DNA of 64,000 nucleotides from Candidatus Multivorans sp. (GTDB lineage Bacteria > Acidobacteriota > Thermoanaerobaculia > Multivoradales > Multivoraceae), in assembly GCA_965224025.1 (NCBI GenBank), contig OZ245033.1, positions 1,952,001 through 2,016,000 on the forward strand. The letters run 5' to 3'. The translations under genes and the position numbers were made by a program. Under the pieces are notes generated by a model that was not told the DNA's origin, did not search any database, and was given only the letters and a program-made list of their open reading frames with translations. Below, in pieces: positions 11,460 through 21,030 of the stretch; the stretch's first letter is position 1, and the number at the start of each line of letters is the position of its first letter.

Positions 11460-11472
11460 TAACCTGTCCCCG

Positions 11473-11862
11473 CTACCTTTTACTGAACTGGAAGCGCGCA
11501 CGCGCACCCTTCTGACCGTACTTCTTGCGTTCCTTGCGCCGCGGATCCCGGGTCATGAACCCGGCCGCCTTGAGCGGTTCGCGGAAGGCTGGCTCGAAGT
11601 CCACCAGGGCACGCGAGAGGCCGTGCCGAATGGCGCCTGCCTGGCCCGAACTGCCGCCTCCGCGGACCGTGGCCCACATGTCGACCTCGCCTTCCTTCTC
11701 GACCACCTGCAGGGGCTGGTGGACGATCATCTTCAGCACTTCGCTGCTGAAGTAGTCGTCCATCCCCATGCCGTTGACCGTCATCTCGCCACTGCCGGCG
11801 CGCAGGAACACGCGCGCGGTGGCCGTCTTGCGACGGCCGGTCCCGTAACTCGCTTCCGTCAA
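11473..11862 (-). CDS. rpsI: 30S ribosomal protein S9
   Basis: YGTGRRK...[10 protein letters not shown]...QFSKR. Confidence 0.97.
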   Translation of the reverse strand: MTEASYGTGRRKTATARVFLRAGSGEMTVNGMGMDDYFSSEVLKMIVHQPLQVVEKEGEVDMWATVRGGGSSGQAGAIRHGLSRALVDFEPAFREPLKAAGFMTRDPRRKERKKYGQKGARARFQFSKR

Positions 11863-12332
11863 CTCGGACTCCCTGTAATCGCGATCGGCGCCGGCTGCTG
11901 CGCGGCGTGCGGATGATCCGCGCCGGCATAGACCTTGAGCTTCCGCAGTTGTCGGCGGCCCAGACGGTTCTTGGGCAGCATGCCCCGCACGGCCAACTCG
12001 ACGAGCCTGATCGGCCGGCGGCCACGCAGACGGCCCGCGGTCTCCGACTTGAGCTTGCCCGGCTGTCCGCTGTGGCGGTAGTAAATCTTCTTGTCGTCCT
12101 TGCCGCCGGTGAGAACCGCCCTCTCGGCGTTGACGACCACCACGAAGTCGCCGACATCGATGTGGCGCGCGTAGGTGGGCTTGTCCTTGCCCGTCAGGAT
12201 GCGCGCCACCCGCGTGGCCAGACGTCCAAGCGTCGCGCCTTCCGCGTCCACCACGTACCAGCGTCGCTCGATCTCCCCCACCTTGGGGCTCCAGGTCGGG
12301 TTCGCCGTTCTTGCTCTTGCTATTGCAGTCAT
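11859..12332 (-). CDS. rplM: 50S ribosomal protein L13
   Basis: WYVVDA...[26 protein letters not shown]. Confidence 0.96.
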   Translation of the reverse strand: MTAIARARTANPTWSPKVGEIERRWYVVDAEGATLGRLATRVARILTGKDKPTYARHIDVGDFVVVVNAERAVLTGGKDDKKIYYRHSGQPGKLKSETAGRLRGRRPIRLVELAVRGMLPKNRLGRRQLRKLKVYAGADHPHAAQQPAPIAITGSPS

Positions 12333-12521
12333 TCGTGTTCCTACCCTGGCCGACCGGCGCTTACTCACCGGAATGCGGGCCCTCCTTTGCGCGCAGCATG
12401 ACCGGAGGAGCAGGCATACTCCTACCGAACCACCTCGCGCAGAGGAACGGGGATCGTAGAGTCCCAACCGGGGCTTGTCAAGACGAGCGACGGTCCCGTG
12501 GCGGCGTATTCTCACGCCACC

Positions 12522-12638
12522 ATGACTGCTCTACGGGTGGGACTCACCGGCGGCATCGCCAGCGGCAAGTCCACGGTCGGCGCCATGCTGGCCGAGATGG
12601 GCTGCGTCGTCACGGACGCGGACGCCCTGGTCGCCGAG
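12522..12638 (+). pseudogene. coaE: 5' fragment of dephospho-CoA kinase
   Basis: [19 protein letters not shown]...DADALVAE, then homology ends. Confidence 0.85.
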
Positions 12639-13110
12639 TTCCGCGTAGGTCCGTTCGTGTCCATCGGGCTCGAATACCGGATCCCAGCCGAAGCCGCCCC
12701 CACCTCGGGGCGGCAGCACCAGTCTGCCGGCGGTCGAGCCCTCGGCGATCACCTCCCGGTCGCCACCCCTGAGCATGAGGGCGCATCGCGCCACCACACC
12801 GGGGTTGCCGGCGCGAATCGCTACTTTCGCGATGCCCTCGTCACCGACCGCCTCCAGCATCCACTTGACCAACGGCCCGGGGAAGCCGTTCATCCAGGCC
12901 AGTTCCAGGCCGGTCTCCTCGACAACGACCGGCCGCTCGAGCCGCTGCCAGGCAGCCTCCGCCTTGAACCGCAACACGTCGATCAGGTCGCCCGACTGGA
13001 TCTCCGGCAGATCGATCGCCGCCGTCTCCAGCCGGTGGCCGACGATCCGCTCCGCCTCGCGCCGCTTGTTCGCGTTCCCGGTGACCAGCACCCACGGGCG
13101 CTCGCTGCCA
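12630..13110 (-). pseudogene. Ham1/ITPase non-canonical purine NTP pyrophosphatase, 3'-truncated
   Basis: VTGNANK, PEIQ, GFPGP, GFGWDPVF...TYAELGD; C-terminal SHR motif missing; start uncertain. Confidence 0.8.
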
Positions 13111-13208
13111 TTTCCGCCACTCGCCTGTCGGCGCCTGGAACCGGGAGAGCCAAGGGACAGACAGTGTAGCCGGCCACTACAATCCGGCCCAACGGAGGGA
13201 TGTCTCAC

Positions 13209-14129
13209 ATGCCTGAACACCTGATCTCGATCGCCGACCTGGAGGAGGGCCAACTCGAGTCGATCCTCGAACTGGCCCTGCAACTCGAAGCCGGGCCGCA
13301 AGCCCACCGCGACACCCTCAGAGGCAAGTCGATCGGCCTCTACTTCGAGAAGGCGTCGACGCGAACCCGAGTCAGCTTCGAAGTGGGCATGGGGCAACTC
13401 GGAGGTCAGGCGATCTTCCTCTCGAGCCGCGATCTGCAGATCGCCCGCAGGGAAACGATCGCCGACACCGCCCGCGTCCTTTCACGCTACGTGGACCTCC
13501 TCATGCTGCGCACCTTCGAGCACAGCACCGTGGTCGAGATGGCCGAGCACGCCACGGTGCCCGTGATCAACGGGTTGACCGACGAGCTGCACCCCTGCCA
13601 GGCGCTCGCCGACCTGATGACCGTCCACCAGGAGTTCGGCGGCCTGCGCGGCCGCCGGATCGCCTACATCGGCGACGGCAACAACGTCGCCCACTCCCTG
13701 ATGATCGCCTGCGCCCGCGCGGGAGTCGACTTCTCCATCGCCTCGCCTCCCGGCTACGAAGTCACCGACGAGTACCTCGACCTCGCCGGAGGACTCGCCG
13801 CCGACACCGGCGCCGGGATCGAAACCGGCGCCGACCCGCACGCCGCCGCCGGCGGCGCGGACGCCGTCTACAGCGACGTCTGGACCTCGATGGGCCAGGA
13901 GAAGGAACGAGAGCAGCGCCTCGCCGACTTCGACGGCTACACCGTCGACGACGACCTGATGTCCAGAGCAAGAGGCGACGCGATCTACCTCCACTGCCTG
14001 CCCTGCCACCGGGGCGAGGAAGTCACGGCTTCCGTCGTCGACGGCCCCCGGAGCCGCGTCTTCGACCAGGCCGAGAACCGCATGCACACCCAGAAGGCCG
14101 TCATGCTCCGCCTCCTCGACCGCGCGTAG
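13209..14129 (+). CDS. argF: Ornithine carbamoyltransferase
   Basis: STRT, HPCQ, SMG, HCLP motifs. Confidence 0.93.
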   Translation: MPEHLISIADLEEGQLESILELALQLEAGPQAHRDTLRGKSIGLYFEKASTRTRVSFEVGMGQLGGQAIFLSSRDLQIARRETIADTARVLSRYVDLLMLRTFEHSTVVEMAEHATVPVINGLTDELHPCQALADLMTVHQEFGGLRGRRIAYIGDGNNVAHSLMIACARAGVDFSIASPPGYEVTDEYLDLAGGLAADTGAGIETGADPHAAAGGADAVYSDVWTSMGQEKEREQRLADFDGYTVDDDLMSRARGDAIYLHCLPCHRGEEVTASVVDGPRSRVFDQAENRMHTQKAVMLRLLDRA

Positions 14130-14176
14130 CTGCGGCGGCGCACACCTGGCGGTGCAGCGCACCCGCCGGCTGGGGG

Positions 14177-14279
14177 CATGGGCGGTCAACCTCCAGGTGT
14201 TGTTCGCGATGGGTCGGACTATGAGGGGGGCTGCGCTCGCTCCTTCCCACTCGGAGTCCGGTGAACCGGGACCACCTCA
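14177..14279 (-). mobile_element. Possible IS3-family left-end remnant abutting the broken ISL3
   Basis: TGAGGTGGTCCCGGTTCACCGGAC resembles IS3 IRs and is followed by GGAGG...ATGCCC; it begins about where ISL3 homology stops. Confidence 0.4.
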
Positions 14280-14282
14280 CAG

Positions 14283-15548
14283 AGTGCTTCAAGGAAGCCG
14301 TTGGTCTTTCTGGTTCGCGCCCAGGCGGCGACGGCCTTCATCGGTTCGACCCAGGAGCGGTTCACGTTGGTGCACCACTGGTGGAGCATTCGCAGGACGA
14401 CGTTGATCTGCTTGCGGTTGAGGATCTCGCGGAGGTGTTCCCGGTAGAGCCAAGCCCGGGCGGTACGGCGGCTGGCGACCTGAGCCACGAGAGCATCTAG
14501 GTCGGCGCGCTGGGCGTTCGCCAGGGCGCCGCGGTCCTTGAGCAGAGTCCAGCGCAGGCCTTTGAGGCTGGGATCGAGGCGCTGCTCGATGCGCCTGGTC
14601 TCGTCCACCGCCTTCGAGGCGAGGGCGACGACGTGGGAACTCGTCGACGGTCAGTCGGCGTTGGGCAGGGTCTCCCGGACTCCCTTGATGAAGGCGGCCG
14701 ACATGTCGATGGAGACCCGGAAGATCCGGGAAGGATCGCCGCCATGCCGGAGCAGGTCGTCGGCGAAGTCCCTGATGGTGGTTGCGCTGCGTCCTTCGGC
14801 AAGGAACACCACCCGCCGACGCCCCGCATCGGCTACCGTCGTCACGTACTTGTGGCCCTTGGCGCGCGATGTCTCGTCGATGGCTACGTTGCCGGCATCG
14901 GAGGGGTCCCTCTGCTCGCAGGCCTCCTCGACGTACCGCTTGCGGACCGCCCGCACCCGGTGCCAGGACTCGCCCGTCAGGCGGGACACCGCCTGGAAAG
15001 GCATTTCCCGGCACAGGCTGAGGATCAAAGCCTCATACAACAGGGTGAACCCCGACAGCCTGCCCGACCACGGCGGCTCGACCAACGCCACGCGGTCGTC
15101 GGGAAGCCGCACCCGCGGCATCCGGGCCTCGAGCAGGCACTCGTGCTGGAAGAAGTTGAGGTGCCGGTACCGCTTCAGCTGGGTGACGTGCATCGGGTGC
15201 GCTCCGCCGGTCTCGCCGTGCGCGAAGCGGCTGCCCCTCCTGAAGTCCATCCGCACCGTCAACCGGCGCTCGCCCTCGTCGAAGTCGACGCCAGCCACGA
15301 GCCAGGGCTCTGACACCCCGAGCGCCCTCGAAAACAGCTCCTGCTCCATCTCCCTCGCCTCCTTGGTCCAAAGGGGCGAAGTCTGACCCGGAAACGCTCC
15401 AAAAACCACCCGGCCATACTGGCCCACCAACCGTTTTCCGCAGCTTCCACAGGCTTCCGCAGACCCGGCGACGGCGGCTCACGGCCAGTAACGACTCGAC
15501 CGCACGCACCTGCACCAAGCCTCTACCCACTCGCAACTCAGAATAGGC
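14283..15548 (-). mobile_element. Degenerate ISL3-family element (frameshift near 14650, 33-bp in-frame deletion, 3' end lost)
   Basis: Left IR GCCTATTCTGAGTTGCGAGTGGGT at 15548; protein similar to the 51597-52823 transposase (YRHLNFFQHEC, IDETSRAKGH, SIDMS). Confidence 0.9.
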
Positions 15549-15647
15549 GGGAAAGACCACCCTACATCTCGGCAACGCACCAACCGTCGCTCGCCATTGC
15601 ACACGCTATTCGAGATTCGAGCCCGAGTACTCGCAAATCAAGACTCA

Positions 15648-15851
15648 CTAAGGAGCCGGCGGCACTTTACGGTCGAACACGGGTCGGACGACGACGTAGA
15701 CCAAGAGAAGAGCCGGCAAGATCAGGCCGATCCACACGAGCGCCGCTTGGTAGTGCCATAGGCCCTTTTCCGTAGCGAACCAATACACTACAAGCCCAAG
15801 CACCGACATGCCGGTGACAATCCGGACAATATTCGCAGCGGTCAATCTCAC
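15648..15851 (-). CDS. Small hypothetical two-TM membrane protein
   Basis: 67-aa ORF with two hydrophobic helices, directly after the upstream ORF. Confidence 0.45.
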   Translation of the reverse strand: MRLTAANIVRIVTGMSVLGLVVYWFATEKGLWHYQAALVWIGLILPALLLVYVVVRPVFDRKVPPAP

Positions 15852-15853
15852 TT

Positions 15854-16050
15854 CTAAATGGGGTTGCCTGTGAGGTTACAGAAGTCCACGATGATTTGGT
15901 CGGCGTGACCGCCAGCAACGAAAAGTCCCAGCACGCCGGCCAACTGCTTCTTGAGTTCGGCATTCTTAACCGAGGGCTTGCCGAAAATCTCGTTCTCGGT
16001 GAGATCCAACCACATAGCCACGGGAGAGAGCATCCCTATGCCTATACGAA
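15854..16050 (-). pseudogene. 3' remnant of an unknown gene cut by the IS1595 TIR
   Basis: Reading frame runs into the TIR at 16051. Confidence 0.4.
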
Positions 16051-16080
16051 GGGGATTATGTCGAATAGTGCCCAAGCCGC

Positions 16081-16269
16081 TCACCGGCGCGGGCGCTTGG
16101 TGTAGGTGATCTCAACGGGCTGAAGCAGTCGCCGCGCACCTTCGGCAAGCCGTTCCATCAGCGGCAACTCCATCAAGTCCGCTGGCGGCGCTACTTCGTC
16201 GCGCTGTTCGGCCCGTGACGGCTGGTAGTCCGCCTTGACCAGTTCGATCTTCCGCTTCTTCTTGCTCAC
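16081..16269 (-). CDS. Small basic hypothetical protein ending next to the TIR
   Basis: 62 aa, GGAGG RBS before GTG; MSKKKRKIELVKADYQPS. Confidence 0.6.
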   Translation of the reverse strand: MSKKKRKIELVKADYQPSRAEQRDEVAPPADLMELPLMERLAEGARRLLQPVEITYTKRPRR

Positions 16270-16495
16270 GTTGCCTCCGTTCTCCTAGAACTGGTGCTGC
16301 TACAGTAGCGGCTTGCAATCGTCAGCAGCGGGACCTGAGTCGGGTTACCCGCTGAATACAACAGCCTGTTCTGAGGCTGCGGGTAGCTCCCGAAGCCGGG
16401 CGAATAGGCGGGAGCCTTGTCCGTGCTCGCTGCATGGCGGTTGCAACGGCCCGGCGCCAATCCAGGGGCTGGTGCCTCAACTGGAGGAGGCCCCC

Positions 16496-17812
16496 ATGAA
16501 GAGACTCGCCGCCGCACTGGCGTTGACCGCGCTCGGCTGCGTATCGACCACCACGTCGGCACCAACCGTCAACCCGACCGCCTACAACGCCACGGTCGCG
16601 GAAGCGGCGAAGAAGCACATGGAGCAGTTCGAGAGGCTCCAGAGCGTCTGGTTCCGACTCACAAGCGCCAACTCGGGCCGATGCACGAAGACGCGGTTGA
16701 TGTCGGGTTTCTGGTTCGCCGACCTCGCGACAGCCGCGCAGCCCTATCGCAGTGCATGGACGGCGAAGTACGGCCCGAGCGAGTACGTGACCGTGACCCA
16801 CGTAGCTGCAGGATCCCCGGCCGAAAAGGCGGGCCTGCGAGCGGGCGACCGGATCGTGGCCCGCGACGGGAAGGATCTCGGCACTGGACGACGAGCCGAG
16901 CGACGGATGAAGCGTAGCCCGCAGTCGCTTCACTACAGGCTGACCGTTCTTCGAGACGGAGGCGAAGCCACGCTCTACATGGCGAGCACTCGGCACTGCA
17001 ACTACCCGGCTGGCCTGCTCGAACACGCGACCGTGAACGCATTCGCGGACGGGAAGTCGGTGGCGGTCACGACCGCCGCGATGGACTTCATCAAGACCGA
17101 CGACGAACTCGCGTACCTGCTCGGCCACGAACTCGCGCACAATGCCTACGGGCATCTCGCGGCCGTGAAGCAGAACCAGATCCTCGGCGCTCTGCTGGGA
17201 GCCGTCGTGACGGTCGCGACTGGCGTCTACCAGGACTACAGCGCCCTCGGGGCGCTCTACCACGCGCCGAAGTTCGAGGTCGAGGCCGACTATGCGGGGG
17301 TCTACTTGGCCGCGCGGGCGGGCTACGACGTGGGGTGCGTCTCGGCGTTCTGGGAGAAGATGATCGCTAGGAATCCCGGTGCCGCGTGGGCCGCGAGTCT
17401 CACGCACCCCGACGGGTCTTCGAGGCTGCACGTACTGGACGCGACCGCAGCGGAGATCCATCAGAAGCGCGAGAACGGGCGGCCACTCGTCCCGAACCTC
17501 AAAGGCACGTTGGAAGCTGATCGGGTCGATGTCGGGTCGTTCTTGGCCGGTACTGATTGCGCCGCCGTAAGGGGCGCAACGAGCGACCTGCAAGACCTTC
17601 AAGACGCCAGTTGCAAGAGCGCGGCGGCGAGCATCGCTGTCTCCGTCGAGGGCCTTCAGACGATTCACGAGGCCAACAAGCCTACGGAGGCTCAGTGCGA
17701 TCTGTACCGCGCCCAAGCGAACCTCTGCCCGAAGGGCCTTGGGCACTGCTCGGACGATGACCGGAGCAAGTGCGCCGCGTGGGACGATCTGGTCGCCGAG
17801 CATTGCGATTGA
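16496..17812 (+). CDS. PDZ + M48 metallopeptidase lipoprotein (passenger)
   Basis: GGAGG RBS, lipobox ALGC, PDZ motif GSPAEKAGLRAGD, NAFA, HELAH, EVEAD, THP; Cys-rich tail. Confidence 0.85.
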   Translation: MKRLAAALALTALGCVSTTTSAPTVNPTAYNATVAEAAKKHMEQFERLQSVWFRLTSANSGRCTKTRLMSGFWFADLATAAQPYRSAWTAKYGPSEYVTVTHVAAGSPAEKAGLRAGDRIVARDGKDLGTGRRAERRMKRSPQSLHYRLTVLRDGGEATLYMASTRHCNYPAGLLEHATVNAFADGKSVAVTTAAMDFIKTDDELAYLLGHELAHNAYGHLAAVKQNQILGALLGAVVTVATGVYQDYSALGALYHAPKFEVEADYAGVYLAARAGYDVGCVSAFWEKMIARNPGAAWAASLTHPDGSSRLHVLDATAAEIHQKRENGRPLVPNLKGTLEADRVDVGSFLAGTDCAAVRGATSDLQDLQDASCKSAAASIAVSVEGLQTIHEANKPTEAQCDLYRAQANLCPKGLGHCSDDDRSKCAAWDDLVAEHCD

Positions 17813-17826
17813 GGACTCCATCCTTA

Positions 17827-19140
17827 TCAGGTTACGGTCTGATTCGCCATGAATCCGTCCTTCTTGTTCTTCCTCCGCAGGCCGATCAGCGTGAGCGTGT
17901 TGGATTTGCGCCGGTTGCACGGGCCGCAGAGCAGGCGACGGTTCGAGATGTTGTTGCTGCCCCCACTGGAGCGTGGCGTGTTGTGGTCCAGTTGCAGGTA
18001 CTCGGACGAGTCAAATCCCCGGTCGCAACCGTCGCAGTACACGTAGCCGTCTTCGTCCGTGCTCTGTTCGACCAACAGCGCCTTGCGTTGCGCGTTCGTG
18101 TATCCGTCTGGCGGTTCCTCGAAGAAGTGCTTGCGGCTCTTCATCTTCGGTGCCGCTATCTGCTCGTCGTCCGTACGTACTGGAACGTCCGTACTGTAGT
18201 GAACAGAGCCGACCATCGACTCTCGATCATCTGCGGCCATCCCTTCCGTTTCCAAGCGGTCAAGAACGACCCCATGGGCACCTTTCCATATATCGATGCC
18301 TGTCCACTTCCGATTCAGACGATGCGCCGCCACGCACGTCGTAGCGCAACCGCAGAACGGGTCAAGAACCATGTCTCCCTCGTTGGACGATGCACGGATG
18401 AAGCGCTCGTACAGCGCAAGCGGCTTCTGAGTGTTGAATCCCGTCCGCTCTTTCGCCCAGGGCATGACGCCGTGCATCTCGATTACATCATCCGGTATCT
18501 TGCCTCGCGCGTCTCTTTCGCTGCCGTCCGCTCTCTTCTGGCCATCGACCCACTTGTGTGGAACACGAACGTCATCGACGTTGAACGTCCACGCTGACTT
18601 GTGCTTGGTGTAGAACAGCAACGTGTCGTGCTTCCGTGCGAAGCGGCGCTTGGATGCACCCCCGCCACTGTAGTACCAGACGAGCTCGTTCTGAAACTGG
18701 AATCGTCCGAACACAGCGTCCATGAGCATCTTGAGGTACGCGCCTGCCGTGTGGTCGCAGTGCAGGTAGACCGAACCGGTCGGCTTCAAGACCCGCCTCA
18801 TCTCCAGCAACCGAATCCCCATCCAGACCAGGAACGCCGCCATGTCCTCGCCGTAGCACGCCCCGGCTGACTCGACCAGTTCCTTGATCGCAGGCCAGTC
18901 ATCGGCGATCTTGTCCACCCACTCTTGTTGGACGTCGTTCTCCCACGTCCAGCGGTCCTTGAAGGACGCGCCTGCCGCGAGGCTGTCGGGCGTCGCGTGG
19001 AAGTCCCGCCCTTTGTTGAACGGCGGGTCTGTGGCGATCAGGTCCACCGTCTCACTGTTCATGCCGCGCAAGACCTCTAGGTTGTCCCGGTGGAACAAAG
19101 TCCGGTTCTTCCAGTTGGGCTCGGAAGTTGCAGTGGACAA
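17827..19140 (-). CDS. N6/N4 DNA methyltransferase fused to C-terminal HNH endonuclease
   Basis: DPPF, TQKP, DPFCGCAT (beta order); CDGC...LDHNTPRSSGGSNNISN..LLCGPCNRRK (HNH). Confidence 0.9.
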   Translation of the reverse strand: MSTATSEPNWKNRTLFHRDNLEVLRGMNSETVDLIATDPPFNKGRDFHATPDSLAAGASFKDRWTWENDVQQEWVDKIADDWPAIKELVESAGACYGEDMAAFLVWMGIRLLEMRRVLKPTGSVYLHCDHTAGAYLKMLMDAVFGRFQFQNELVWYYSGGGASKRRFARKHDTLLFYTKHKSAWTFNVDDVRVPHKWVDGQKRADGSERDARGKIPDDVIEMHGVMPWAKERTGFNTQKPLALYERFIRASSNEGDMVLDPFCGCATTCVAAHRLNRKWTGIDIWKGAHGVVLDRLETEGMAADDRESMVGSVHYSTDVPVRTDDEQIAAPKMKSRKHFFEEPPDGYTNAQRKALLVEQSTDEDGYVYCDGCDRGFDSSEYLQLDHNTPRSSGGSNNISNRRLLCGPCNRRKSNTLTLIGLRRKNKKDGFMANQTVT

Positions 19141-19145
19141 TTCCG

Positions 19146-19201
19146 GCGCTGGCGCGCTGGCGCGCTGGCGCGCTGGCGCGCTGGCGCGCTGGCGCGCTGG
19201 C
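19146..19201. repeat. Perfect tandem repeat (GCGCTGGC)x7
   Basis: Seven contiguous 8-bp units between the transposase stop and the MTase body. Confidence 0.97.
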
Positions 19202-19210
19202 CGTCCGCCG

Positions 19211-20200
19211 TCATGCCGAACGTGCGCCGGACGGCAGACCGTTGTCGGCGATCAACTCGCGGTAGCGGAGTCGCTTGCCGACCAGCCACGCTGATACGAC
19301 CGTCATTTGGTCGATGGTGTCGAACTCCCGAATGTTCTGCCGCCCCGCGAATTCATCGACATAGCGCTGTAGGTGCTTCGGCGAGAGCTTGTGGTAGACG
19401 CCCTTGTGGGCGCGCTTGAGCATCGACCAAAGCGACTCGATGCTGTTCGTGTGGATCTTGCCGTCCACGTACTCGCCGACCGAGTGCCGGACGGTGCCGC
19501 GCTCGTACTCGGTCAGACCGCTGTACGCCCCGGTATCGTCGCTGTACACCGTCGCGCCGGGTTCGACGTGCTCGCGCACGAAACCTTGAAGCGTCCCGCC
19601 GTCAGTCGAGCGGACGACCCGCGCCGCGACCTTCTTGGTCTCCCGATCCTTGATGCCGACCACGGCGGTCTTGCCCACGGTGCCGCGGCCTTCAAGGGTC
19701 TTCCGCTTCTTCGCGTGCATGTTCTTCCGCAGACCGCCGATGTACGTCTCATCGACCTCTACCGGCCCCTCGAAGACGACTCGCGGCCCTTCGGCCTCAA
19801 ACGCCTTGCGGAGACGGTGAGCGAGGTGCCACGCGGTCTTCTGCGTCACGTCCAAGTCACGGTGCAGCTTCATGCTCGATACGCCCTTGAGACCCGTCAG
19901 GAGCAGGTACAGCGCCATCGCCCACACTTGGTAGCCGAGGTTGCTCGCCTCCATGACGGTGCCAGTCTTGAGGCTGAAGCGCTTGCGGCACGTCCGGCAG
20001 CGGTACGGCATCGTCTTGTGCTTCGCGCCACTTTGGACGTTCTCGGAGCCGCAGTGCGGGCACGATGGACCTTCGGGCCAGCGGATGCACGTGAACCACG
20101 CTTCCGCCGCCGCATCGTCGGGGAACAGGCGGATCGCGTCGATCAGGCTCATGCCCTTCCGGTAGTGCTTACCGGGTGCGTCTTGCAGTGTCGTCGTCAT
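19211..20200 (-). CDS. IS1595-family transposase
   Basis: Zn ribbon CPHC...CRTC, VEVDETY, YSDD, HTNSIES, LQRYVDEF. Confidence 0.95.
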   Translation of the reverse strand: MTTTLQDAPGKHYRKGMSLIDAIRLFPDDAAAEAWFTCIRWPEGPSCPHCGSENVQSGAKHKTMPYRCRTCRKRFSLKTGTVMEASNLGYQVWAMALYLLLTGLKGVSSMKLHRDLDVTQKTAWHLAHRLRKAFEAEGPRVVFEGPVEVDETYIGGLRKNMHAKKRKTLEGRGTVGKTAVVGIKDRETKKVAARVVRSTDGGTLQGFVREHVEPGATVYSDDTGAYSGLTEYERGTVRHSVGEYVDGKIHTNSIESLWSMLKRAHKGVYHKLSPKHLQRYVDEFAGRQNIREFDTIDQMTVVSAWLVGKRLRYRELIADNGLPSGARSA

Positions 20201-20207
20201 GCCCAGA

Positions 20208-20236
20208 AGATTACAGGATAGTGCCCGTCCTGTCAA
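20208..20236 (-). promoter_or_regulatory. Sigma70 promoter of the IS1595-A transposase (probably leaderless)
   Basis: TTGACA-17 bp-TAATCT ending 7 nt before the ATG at 20200. Confidence 0.7.
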
Positions 20237-20244
20237 GTGGTAAG

Positions 20245-20568
20245 ATGGCCTCCATGTCGGACAGTGAACGCCTCGGCGACCTCATGCTGAAGCGGCGGCA
20301 AGCCGAGAATTCAGCAGCCTGCTACCGCACCAAGGCGAAGGGGATCGCTCGGTCTCTGACACAAGCCGCCGCGTCAATGCTGAGCGCCATCGGAGACGCG
20401 GATCAGAACGTCCGAATGACTGGCGGCTATCCGGTCGAGATGCGAGATGCGCGCTACGTGGACTACGCCGAAGCACTCCGCGCCATAGAGCAGTACACGA
20501 AGAACCTCCATGCCGCCGCCGACATCGAACGGAAGATCGAAGAACTACTGCCGCCGCAGTGCCAATGA
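20245..20568 (+). CDS. Hypothetical coiled-coil passenger protein
   Basis: ORF divergent from the transposase, inside the TIRs; ATGA overlap with the next ORF. Confidence 0.5.
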   Translation: MASMSDSERLGDLMLKRRQAENSAACYRTKAKGIARSLTQAAASMLSAIGDADQNVRMTGGYPVEMRDARYVDYAEALRAIEQYTKNLHAAADIERKIEELLPPQCQ

Positions 20569-21002
20569 GCGAAGAACCCCAACGAGATAACGCCACAGAA
20601 GCTCCGCGATGGGTCTTTCGACGTGCGGCTTGCAACTCGGATTCTCTCTTGGAGAACGAGGTTCGGCAGCTTGTCGAGCGCGATACCGCGGACATGAACA
20701 AGCTCTTGGAGTGCCGGGGCGAGAAGTATCGGTACGAGGTCGTCAAAGAAGAACTCACGTTGCGAGTCGCGCAAAAACGAGACGGAGAGTCGGTTGCTGC
20801 CGTATCGTTCCAGTCGACCGGCCTACAACTGCGGTTCTTGATGGCGGAGCAGTCAGATGTGATCGTCACGCCTCGATGGAGCGCGGTAGAGATGCGTTGT
20901 CACCTCCACAAGCCCGGATCGGCAGGCACACGAATCGCTCTCGATGTCTTCGTGCGCGAGAACCTCGAACGGTTCTTCTTCCACGCCGCCGGTATCCCGT
21001 GA
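20565..21002 (+). CDS. Hypothetical passenger protein
   Basis: ORF coupled to the previous one; stops 1 bp before the TIR. Confidence 0.5.
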   Translation: MSEEPQRDNATEAPRWVFRRAACNSDSLLENEVRQLVERDTADMNKLLECRGEKYRYEVVKEELTLRVAQKRDGESVAAVSFQSTGLQLRFLMAEQSDVIVTPRWSAVEMRCHLHKPGSAGTRIALDVFVRENLERFFFHAAGIP

Positions 21003-21030
21003 CGCTTGGGCACTATTCGACATAATCCCC

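Larger units (their letters stand above)
16051..21030 (-). mobile_element. IS1595-family cargo transposon A (4980 bp)
   Basis: Perfect 27-bp TIRs GGGGATTATGTCGAATAGTGCCCAAGC at 16051-16077 and 21004-21030; encloses a transposase and passenger genes; no matching TSD. Confidence 0.93.

Noticed and set aside
12498-13169. 223-aa ORF as full-length CoaE
   Set aside because: Only the first ~39 aa are CoaE; the rest is antisense Ham1 sequence
19146-19201. Repeat arrays (here and 37130-37184) as CRISPR
   Set aside because: Units of 8-10 bp with no unique spacers, and no cas genes in the window
16051-21030. Prophage or integron interpretation of the small-ORF cluster
   Set aside because: No integrase, attC sites or phage structural genes; explained by IS1595 TIRs
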